Shown here: positions 57,601 through 64,000 of the stretch, one piece after another | Layout of the letters: the number at the start of each line of letters is the position of its first letter | Numbering within the stretch: position 1 is the first letter of the stretch | Origin: an uncultured Ignavibacteriaceae bacterium | GTDB taxonomy: Bacteria; Bacteroidota; Ignavibacteria; Ignavibacteriales; Ignavibacteriaceae | Length of the DNA stretch: 64,000 bases | NCBI GenBank assembly: GCA_964639355.1 | Contig: CAZXCP010000005.1 | Location: forward strand, 4,286-68,285 | Reading direction: 5' to 3' | Position numbers and translations under genes: made by a program | Notes under the pieces: generated by a model | Databases searched by the model: none | The model's input: the letters and a program-made list of their open reading frames with translations, nothing else | Told to the model about the DNA's origin: nothing

Positions 57601-57771
57601 ACCAATCCACAGAAAACCTCTTCTATCCTGAATTACCCTGCTGGTAGTATTAGAGGATAAACCGTCTTCAATATCTATATGATCGAATTTAAATGAAATT
57701 ACCTGTGCAACAACGGAATGTAACATCATAGCACAGAATATTAAAAATGTGAATAGTTTGTTGATGATCAT
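54637..57771 (-). CDS. Sensor histidine kinase with periplasmic propeller/Y_Y_Y domain and HisKA_3 core
   Basis: Propeller repeats as in the HTCS, then a TM segment. H-box ELHDSLGQNL (NarX-type) and HATPase (DNGKGF...GFGVRNISERI). Its start lies 21 nt upstream of the end of the LuxR-type regulator gene, on the same strand. Confidence 0.9.
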   Translation of the reverse strand: MIINKLFTFLIFCAMMLHSVVAQVISFKFDHIDIEDGLSSNTTSRVIQDRRGFLWIGTEEGLCRYDGFSFKTYKHKIGERNSLAQNYVWDLREDKDGIIWIATDGGGLNRFDPVTETFIHYKNNPDDSTSISSDNIQSIYVDRNNIIWVGTWEGGLNRFNRDKNNFVRHLHDPSNPYSISNNKVFAIFEDSNSNLWIATDGGGASILNKETEKFTHFNHNPDDKNSISSNNVVCITEDSRGNLWFGTYGGGLCRFDPATKRFVTYKTSNDVNSISGNHIWDIFEDSRGILWIGTLSNGINIYNPEYDNFIRHKKNPSDPSSISSDYIRKMFEDKSGVLWIGTIAGGLNKIDRKPEKFFHIRHDPQNSNSLSKNFIYSIFEDNQGELWFGTYQRELNRYNPSINKFFHYSSNPNDPNGLHGLMVRSIYEDSYGDLWIGTYFGSLQKFNRKANSFIRVDLSDLIRENESVVNIRTIFEDKDSVLWFGTNGGGLLKYDRENNSFKRYGTENLNGLSSDHILSICEDPDGFLWIGTYGGGLNKFDKSTETFLHFTNNPDDSTSISDNVITKLYFDSNNNFWIGTYFGGLNKFDRSSKTFTHFTEENGLASNLISDLIEDDNGIFWISTIRGITRFDPATGTIRNYDKSSGALGEYNPGAGFKTKNGWIYFGSIDGVTYFHPDKIYENKFIPEIVISSFKKLNEEVNFDKNIAYVDTIILSYNDIYFSIEFASLDYTIPEKNLFAYMLDGFDQEWIYSGNRNLATYTNIGPGEYIFKVKGTNNDGVWNEVGTSIILIIKPPFWATWWFISVSILLFLSIGPVIYYKRVSSLKREKKQQEEFSKRLIQSQEEERKRIASELHDSLGQNLLIIKNRAALGLKSDKPEFEREQLNEISAGASSAIDEIRRISYNLHPYQLDRLGLTKAVKSILNQMDDLSKINFIDSIENIDNLFSKENEINVYRIVQECVNNIVKHSEAEKAEVKVELIDNFLHIRITDNGKGFDTKKADSSSEGFGVRNISERIKILNGNFSVNSSPVNGTAISIRIPVP

Positions 57772-57942
57772 TAAAGGGATAAATTGTTTTTACACTTCAA
57801 GATAGTAATTTTGAAAAGAGGAGACAATAAAATGATAATTTAAGAAAGTATTTTCACGAGCATAAATCTTTGTTATGGTAAATGAATTCCCTGCAATTCG
57901 ATCAGTCGATAAAACTTCAGTGATTATTCATGTAATAAAATT

Positions 57943-57971
57943 AAAAAACCCGATTCAATTATGAACCGGGT
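57943..57971 (-). terminator. Rho-independent terminator after 58007..59059
   Basis: On the minus strand, ACCCGGTTC-ATAATT-GAATCGGGT followed by TTTTTT. The stem is identical to the mdh terminator. Confidence 0.6.
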
Positions 57972-58006
57972 CTTTATTAAAATAGAATCTATATGAATGT
58001 TGGATA

Positions 58007-59059
58007 CTATTTCAGGAACAGCATCTTCTTCGATTCTACGAAAGAACCCGCTGATAATCTGTATATATATAATCCGCTTGCAAGTTGAGAAGCATCAAAT
58101 GTAAAGCTGTGTCTGCCTGCTTCGTGGTATTCATCAACAAGAGTTACTAATTCGTTGCCAAGTACATCATAAACTTTAAGGCTCACAAAACTATTAACCG
58201 ATAACTGATAACCAATAACTGTAGACGGATTAAACGGATTAGGATAATTCTGTTCGAGTACAAAATCAGTAAGAATATCTGAGAAGGTAACTTCGATTTC
58301 ATTTGAGTAGGTAAAGCTTCCATCAAAGTCTAATTGTTTCAATCTATAGTATGAAACTCCTGGAAGGGGAGAGTTATCAATAAAGGAATACTGATTAGAT
58401 GAAGTTGTAGTTCCTTTACCATTCACAAATCCGATATCTTCCCAAAGATTTGAGGATAATCTTTCAATTACAAAGCCGCTGTTATTTAATTCAGAAGCCG
58501 TTATCCACCTCAGTAGGATTCCTTTAGCAGTTTGTTCAGCAAGGAAGGATGTAAGTTCAACCGGAATAATATCAAGTACAACAATTGGAAACTTTGCACC
58601 AAAATTCCATTGGTCACCTGTTGGATCGCCGTTTCCGTTAACACTGTTAGCTACTGAGTAAATAGTATCTGTGTAGTTGGTATTTCCTGCGGTGAAAGCA
58701 AAAGTCCAGGAAAAAATACTATCTGTAAATATTGCTGCAGAAGTATGTGTTAACTCATCATCGACTTTCTTTACTCCTGCTCCATCAACATTTAATAATC
58801 CTGAAAATGCAGCTACGTTAAATCCACCCTTCACAGCCGGACCGCCAGAAAGTCTCAGGGTGTATTGAGCTGTCTGACCTTGTAGTAAGGTATCCGGTCC
58901 TTCAATTCTAACCCATACGGTTGGATCCGGGCTAAAGTTATGGCAAACACAACCATCTCCGTTTTTCTGAGTGGTGCCGGTAATCCCGTTGGAATACTCA
59001 ATTCCGGCATAGACAATTATGCATGAAAAAAGCAAAGCAAGAACCGTATTAATTTTCAT
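58007..59059 (-). CDS. T9SS-sorted protein of the G-x-G-C-x-C-H family
   Basis: Signal peptide, NGDGCVCHN and shared blocks (GPDTLLQGQTAQY, GGPAVKGGFNVAA, ELTHTS, TDTIYSVANSVNGNGDP..DQWNFGAKFPIVV). Pre-CTD module and CTD follow. Confidence 0.75.
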   Translation of the reverse strand: MKINTVLALLFSCIIVYAGIEYSNGITGTTQKNGDGCVCHNFSPDPTVWVRIEGPDTLLQGQTAQYTLRLSGGPAVKGGFNVAAFSGLLNVDGAGVKKVDDELTHTSAAIFTDSIFSWTFAFTAGNTNYTDTIYSVANSVNGNGDPTGDQWNFGAKFPIVVLDIIPVELTSFLAEQTAKGILLRWITASELNNSGFVIERLSSNLWEDIGFVNGKGTTTSSNQYSFIDNSPLPGVSYYRLKQLDFDGSFTYSNEIEVTFSDILTDFVLEQNYPNPFNPSTVIGYQLSVNSFVSLKVYDVLGNELVTLVDEYHEAGRHSFTFDASQLASGLYIYRLSAGSFVESKKMLFLK

Positions 59060-59103
59060 TTTTCTTCCCTGTATGAATTATAAATAAACTAATAGCAAAA
59101 TAA

Positions 59104-59898
59104 TCATCTGAGTAATAACATTTTTCTTGTTTGAGACTGCCCGTTAAAAATTAATGTATAAAAATATACCCCGCTTGTTAAATCATTTGCATTAAATTGA
59201 ACCTGATTATTACCCGCATACCGGTATTCATTCATCAATTCGATTATTTCTTTGCCGGTAACATCATAAACTTTAAGTGAAACATATCCATCGGAAGGTA
59301 GATTAAAACTAATAGATGTAGCCGGGTTGAATGGATTGGGGTAATTTTGTTCAAGTATGAAATTATTAGCAATCATATCATCATTACCAACTGAGGATGG
59401 TTGATCGACTACATGAATTACAAATTTGTTTCCAAAATTCCATCTATCTGCAGATGTTGCAATACCATCACCGTTTACACTATTTGATGCTGAGTAAATA
59501 GTATCAGTGTAAACAGAATCCCTGGCAGTTAAAGTAAATGCCCAGGATACACTGGCTCCTCCGGCAAAGGATTTGGGAGATGTGTGTGTTAATTCAGAAA
59601 GCAGTAGCTGAGCTGTCCCATCAACGGGATTTAAATTACCGAGATGAGATGCAACGTTGAATCCACCTGCAACTGCTGGACCCCCTGAAAGTGAAAGTAA
59701 ATATTGACCTGTTTCACCCTTAAGCAGAGTATCGGGTCCGGTTACTGTAACAGTAACACTCATATCTCTCTGAACACTGTGACAATTACATCCCGTTCCG
59801 TTTTTTTCTGTCTTACCTGTTACACCTGTTGGAAATTGTGTACCAGCAAACAAAACAAAACCGACAAACACTAAAGTTAACATCAATGAATACTTCAT
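59104..59898 (-). CDS. T9SS-sorted protein of the G-x-G-C-x-C-H family (short form without pre-CTD module)
   Basis: Signal peptide, NGTGCNCHS and the same conserved blocks. The CTD follows the family domain directly. Confidence 0.75.
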   Translation of the reverse strand: MKYSLMLTLVFVGFVLFAGTQFPTGVTGKTEKNGTGCNCHSVQRDMSVTVTVTGPDTLLKGETGQYLLSLSGGPAVAGGFNVASHLGNLNPVDGTAQLLLSELTHTSPKSFAGGASVSWAFTLTARDSVYTDTIYSASNSVNGDGIATSADRWNFGNKFVIHVVDQPSSVGNDDMIANNFILEQNYPNPFNPATSISFNLPSDGYVSLKVYDVTGKEIIELMNEYRYAGNNQVQFNANDLTSGVYFYTLIFNGQSQTRKMLLLR

Positions 59899-59955
59899 AA
59901 TACTACACCTCTCTTTATTTTTTTTCTAATGTATGTTTGAATAATAGTGTAGTGA

Positions 59956-61512
59956 TTATTTAATGAGGGACATTTTTTTAATCTCTGTAAAATTACTTGA
60001 AGTTATTTTATAAAAATATGTTCCGCTGGATAAACCTGACCCATCAAACTCAATCTGAAAAACTCCTGCAGGTTTAACCCCATCAACAAGTGTTGCAATA
60101 TCATTTCCCAGCAGATCATAAACCTTAATAGATACATGATCTGATGCAGCCATTTTCCAGCCTATGATTGTAGAAGGATTAAATGGATTAGGATAATTTT
60201 GAATAAGTTCAAATTTATTCGGCAGAGTTAATTCAATTTCTATTTCATTTGAATATTCAAAAGTACCATCAAAATCAATTTGCTTAAGTCTGTATAAATA
60301 TCTTCCATATTCTTTTAGAACATCTATAAAACTATAATCCTGTCTATTAGTAGTTGTACCATTCCCTTCAACGAAACCTATATATTGCCATTCGTTATTT
60401 GCGTATTGCATTGCACTCTGCGATTTTCTTTCGATTTCAAAACCTCTATTATTTAATTCAGTTGCAGTTGACCAGTTTAATGAAACTTTATCGTCTATTG
60501 TAGAAGCAGTAAATGATGTAAGTTCTACCGGTATGAAGTATGGCGAATAAAGTTTAAATAACCCGGTACCCTGTGCTGAAAATACTGTCATAGAATCAAC
60601 AACAAAAACCTGGTAATTATTAGATGCAATGCTCATCTGCCGCCAGTTAAGCCCTCCATCTTTAGTCCGCCATATACTTCCACAGGAATAACAACCTGTA
60701 AAAACTTCATTTCCATCAACTGGATTAACGTGTACGCCCCACATATTAATATTATTAAAATTGGATATAGAATTCCAACTTGCACCATAATCTGTTGATT
60801 TCAAGAATCCGCCGCCACCGCCCCATTTTGTAGCCCAGGCAACACCTGGATTAGTATGATCAACTGCAATTGTGGGAATTTCGCCACTCGTGCTATATGT
60901 CTGTGACCAGGTTACACCATAATCTGTACTCCTGAAAATACCTGTTGTGTTGTCACCAATCAGGATAATGCTGGTATCTTTAAAAACTTCAATATCACAA
61001 GGAGCACTGGCCGGACCGAAATTACTTGCTATATTTATCCAGGTACTCCCAAAATCCGTCGATCTCTTAAAGTTTGTATTAATCATAGTATATAAAGTTT
61101 CGGGGTGGGAAGGATCTTTTGTAACAGGAATTCCAAAAAAAGACATTTGGCCTTCATCATTAGTGAGTATCCAGGTTTGTCCTGAATTAGTGGTTTTATA
61201 AATTTTATCGTTTGGTGAAGATTCAACCGCTGCAACAAAAATTGATGGATCTGTTTCATTCAATATAATGCACTTAACTCTTGATGAATTAGGAATTTGT
61301 GTACCCAGTGCCTGAAAAGTTTCACCCCTGTCTGTGCTTCTGTAAATAGTGCTTGTCGCTCCGAAATAAATATTGTTAGTATTACCTTTTTCAACATCAA
61401 TAGGACCGCCAAGACTATTACCGCTTTGTCTTAATGTCCAGGTATATTCCTGAGAAAATAAATTAAAGTAAAAAAATACGAACACAACAATAACGTAAAA
61501 GAATTTCTTCAT
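59956..61512 (-). CDS. Asp-box/BNR beta-propeller protein with T9SS sorting domain
   Basis: Signal peptide from the internal ATG (MKKFFYVIVVFVFF; track ORF extends to 61602). Asp-boxes STDRGETF, TTNSGQTW, STDFGSTW, STDYGVTW, STDYGASW and TKDGGLNW. Pre-CTD module and CTD follow. Confidence 0.8.
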   Translation of the reverse strand: MKKFFYVIVVFVFFYFNLFSQEYTWTLRQSGNSLGGPIDVEKGNTNNIYFGATSTIYRSTDRGETFQALGTQIPNSSRVKCIILNETDPSIFVAAVESSPNDKIYKTTNSGQTWILTNDEGQMSFFGIPVTKDPSHPETLYTMINTNFKRSTDFGSTWINIASNFGPASAPCDIEVFKDTSIILIGDNTTGIFRSTDYGVTWSQTYSTSGEIPTIAVDHTNPGVAWATKWGGGGGFLKSTDYGASWNSISNFNNINMWGVHVNPVDGNEVFTGCYSCGSIWRTKDGGLNWRQMSIASNNYQVFVVDSMTVFSAQGTGLFKLYSPYFIPVELTSFTASTIDDKVSLNWSTATELNNRGFEIERKSQSAMQYANNEWQYIGFVEGNGTTTNRQDYSFIDVLKEYGRYLYRLKQIDFDGTFEYSNEIEIELTLPNKFELIQNYPNPFNPSTIIGWKMAASDHVSIKVYDLLGNDIATLVDGVKPAGVFQIEFDGSGLSSGTYFYKITSSNFTEIKKMSLIK

Positions 61513-61712
61513 TCCAAAAACCTCTAAAACTGTTTTATAAAAGTAAAAAGTTGTTAATTGTGAATTGATAAATAAAAATAAGTATATGAATACAAAAAAC
61601 AAATGAATGAAAATAATTATCGTTTGTTATAAGCAACTCTTGACTTTAGATTGAAGCACAAATAAAAAATCTTTATGTTGCAATTGAAAATTCAGAAAAT
61701 AGAAAAATTCAT

Positions 61713-62432
61713 ATGAACTTAGATGTACTGGTATTTGCTGCACACCCCGATGATGCAGAACTTTCTATGGGTGGAACTATTGCTAAACTTTCCAGACAGA
61801 ATATTAAAGTTGGTCTAATTGATTTAACGAGAGGGGAACTGGGTACACGTGGTACGGCTGATACTCGTCAAAAAGAAGCTTTTGAAGCAGCTATTCTATT
61901 AAAAACTTCACTAAGGGAAAATCTTGACATACCGGATGGAAATATTGCCATCAATAAGGAGAATTTACTTAAAGTAATAATGGTAATCCGTAAGTACAGA
62001 CCAAAGATAATTTTTGCTCCGTACTTTAATGACCGACATCCCGACCATATCGATGCAAGCCTGCTGATTAAACGCGCAATGTTTTCTACCGGATTAACTA
62101 AAATAAAAACTTTTGACAGAGAAGTACCGCAAAATGCTTATAGACCGGATAAACTTTACTATTATATGCAGACATATGCATTCAAACCTTCATTCATTGT
62201 AGATATTTCCGATACCTTCGATATTAAAATGCAGGCAGTTCATTGTTTTTCTACTCAATTTCATAATCCTAAAAGCCTTGAACCGGAAACTTTTATTAGC
62301 AAACCACAATTCATTAACTATATACAATCGAGAGCAGTGTTTTACGGATTTCAGATAGGTAAAAACCATGGTGAAGCATTTTTCTCTGAAGAGGATATTG
62401 AATTGGATTTGAAGACAGTGTTAGGAAGTTAA
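61713..62432 (+). CDS. bshB1: Bacillithiol biosynthesis deacetylase BshB1 (LmbE/PIG-L family)
   Basis: VLVFAAHPDDAELSMGGTIAKL, DLTRGELGTRG and FAPYFNDRHPDHIDAS closely parallel B. subtilis BshB1 as I recall it. Confidence 0.82.
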   Translation: MNLDVLVFAAHPDDAELSMGGTIAKLSRQNIKVGLIDLTRGELGTRGTADTRQKEAFEAAILLKTSLRENLDIPDGNIAINKENLLKVIMVIRKYRPKIIFAPYFNDRHPDHIDASLLIKRAMFSTGLTKIKTFDREVPQNAYRPDKLYYYMQTYAFKPSFIVDISDTFDIKMQAVHCFSTQFHNPKSLEPETFISKPQFINYIQSRAVFYGFQIGKNHGEAFFSEEDIELDLKTVLGS

Positions 62433-63614
62433 TCCCGGCGAATGCTTTTCAACAGGAAATATAACCGTTACTTCTGTAAACTTTTTATATTCACTCGAGA
62501 TCATTAATCGTCCGCCGTACATTTCTACAAGATTTTGTGAGATGGTTAAACCCAAACCCATGCCCTGTTGTTCATACTCATCACGCTCAAACTGAACATA
62601 AGCATCAATGCTGGCAATCTGATCATCAGTCATTCCACGCCCGAAATCTTTAATTGATATAACGTAATCGTTAGATGATACAGCAGCATTTATCTCAACC
62701 CGATCTCCAACGGATGAAAATTTAAATGCATTATCAACAAGTTCTTCTATTACCAGTTTAAATTCATTCAGTGAGATTTTAACAGTTCCGTCATTTCCCT
62801 GCACTGATAAATCAGATTTTCTGCGATATTTTATTGCAATCGAGTCAGCAATAGAACTAATTAGAGGAGTAGTTATCAGTGTTGGCTCAGCCTGAAATTC
62901 AACCCTGAAATGTGAATCTCCTGACGCCAGTTTAAGTTTTGTATAGACAAGAAAATTCTGGATCATCTTATTTAGTCTTATACCAGCATCATAAATGGAC
63001 TTTGAATATTCAATAATTGCAGGATCCTGATAATCCTTATATCTATCCATCAGAAGCTGTGCGTAACCTATAATTGAAACCAGCGGTGTTCGTAGTTCGT
63101 GTGGTAGCTTCTGAGTAATGTTTTGACGCAGGTCCTGAAATCTTTCCCTTATTTCCTGTGTTTTATTGAGTCTGGTTCTGATAGCCGAAAGAAGATCTTC
63201 GGTCAGAAAAGGTTTGGTTAGATAATCATCAGCGCCAAGATCCATGCCCTGTCTAACTTCACTTTTATCCACAAGGGCTGTAAGAAATATGAAAGGAATA
63301 GATGAGGTTCTTGAATCTCTTCTCAGTTCTTTGAGTACTTCGTGACCATTCAAACCGGGCATCTTGATATCGCATATAATCATATCAGGCAATTCAGTCC
63401 TGGCGAGTTCAACACCTTCAGTTCCATCGGCAGCACCTATGCACTTAAATCCCTCAATCTGAAGGAAATCTACTATGGCTTCTCTTAACTCAGTTTCATC
63501 TTCTATGATTAATATTCGTTCCAAAGGGTAAGATCTCACAAATGTTATACAATAATAAAAAAGATTATCTGTAAAATGAAATTTGAATCTATCTTTATTT
63601 ATGTAATGAAACAT
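62421..63614 (-). CDS. Response-regulator/histidine-kinase fusion (REC-HisKA-HATPase)
   Basis: REC (RILIIEDETELREA...DMIICDIKMPGLNG), H-box KLPHELRTPL and HATPase (DFGRGM...GMGLGLTISQNLV). The 31 residues before the REC domain look non-native. TTG near 63524 (giving MERILIIEDE) is a plausible true start. Confidence 0.82.
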   Translation of the reverse strand: MFHYINKDRFKFHFTDNLFYYCITFVRSYPLERILIIEDETELREAIVDFLQIEGFKCIGAADGTEGVELARTELPDMIICDIKMPGLNGHEVLKELRRDSRTSSIPFIFLTALVDKSEVRQGMDLGADDYLTKPFLTEDLLSAIRTRLNKTQEIRERFQDLRQNITQKLPHELRTPLVSIIGYAQLLMDRYKDYQDPAIIEYSKSIYDAGIRLNKMIQNFLVYTKLKLASGDSHFRVEFQAEPTLITTPLISSIADSIAIKYRRKSDLSVQGNDGTVKISLNEFKLVIEELVDNAFKFSSVGDRVEINAAVSSNDYVISIKDFGRGMTDDQIASIDAYVQFERDEYEQQGMGLGLTISQNLVEMYGGRLMISSEYKKFTEVTVIFPVEKHSPGLTS

Positions 63615-63715
63615 TAAAATAATTCTTATATTTTAACATAAAAAATGATTTCAGATACAGGAAAATTCATTGTTCGGGTAAAATCCTTAATTTCTCAAAT
63701 TATAATGGAGTTAAA

Positions 63716-64000
63716 ATGATCTTAAAAGATAATGTGATTCGTGAGCTTCAAGGTATAGGAATAAGAAATATTCGTGAGGTTTTTTATAATTATGGAACTC
63801 CTGCACTTTATGAGCAGGTTATCAGAAGACGTGAAGGGCTGATAGCTCATCTCGGTCCGTTAGTTGTTAGAACGGGCTACCATACTGGCAGAAGTCCAAA
63901 TGATAAATTTATCGTTATCGAACCTTCAAGTGAAAAGAATATCTGGTGGGGAAAAGTGAATAAAGGCATGCCCGAAGAATGTTTTGAACGACTATATTCG
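63716..64000 (+). CDS. pckA: Phosphoenolpyruvate carboxykinase (ATP), 5' end, runs off window
   Basis: My own translation gives MILKDNVIRELQGIGI...LVVRTGYHTGRSPNDKFIV.... It contains the TG..TGRSP.DKF.V motif of ATP-dependent PEPCK. GGAG lies upstream of the ATG. This ORF is not in the supplied track. Confidence 0.8.
   Translation, partial: MILKDNVIRELQGIGIRNIREVFYNYGTPALYEQVIRRREGLIAHLGPLVVRTGYHTGRSPNDKFIVIEPSSEKNIWWGKVNKGMPEECFERLYS

Overview
AT-rich (by eye about one third G+C) bacterial chromosomal window. Gene content points to a member of the Fibrobacteres-Chlorobi-Bacteroidetes (FCB) group, probably Ignavibacteria-like. The basis is 15 ORFs ending in the type-A T9SS (Por) C-terminal sorting domain (CTD: NYPNPFNP...YD.LG.EV...SG.Y.Y.....F..TKKM.L.K), a bacillithiol gene (bshB1), Bacteroides-style propeller hybrid sensors and an LDH-like malate dehydrogenase. 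The window has two parts. (1) A housekeeping backbone: yjgR-like NTPase, mdh, nuoABCD-[insert]-EF, ferritin, gap, pgk, rhomboid protease, recQ, bshB1 and the 5' end of pckA. (2) Accessory surface-protein genes. Three T9SS cargo genes lie at 2..4502. A T9SS-tagged multiheme cytochrome c lies at 9430..11454. A 31-kb block (30302..61602) holds 16 same-strand genes: 10 T9SS cargo proteins (cohesin/dockerin-like, papain-like, Ycf48/Asp-box propellers, HAF repeats, an LCAT-type lipase fusion, a beta-helix protein, CxCH proteins) interleaved with three sensor/regulator sets. The observations most worth follow-up are listed here. A four-helix-bundle (23S-IVS-protein/Avd-like) gene bracketed by 24-nt inverted repeats sits exactly between nuoD and nuoE. 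The multiheme cytochrome is addressed to the cell surface by a T9SS CTD. A three-member family carries an invariant G-x-G-C-x-C-H motif. A ~95-aa pre-CTD module recurs on unrelated cargo and travels with the CTD. A 252-bp perfectly identical repeat lies inside one gene. Heptanucleotide repeat tracts lie inside two adjacent cargo genes. I saw no rRNA, tRNA, CRISPR array, transposase or integrase. CDS coordinates follow the ORF track. Hairpin and repeat coordinates were counted by hand and may be off by 1-2 nt. All family names come from motif recognition, not from searches.
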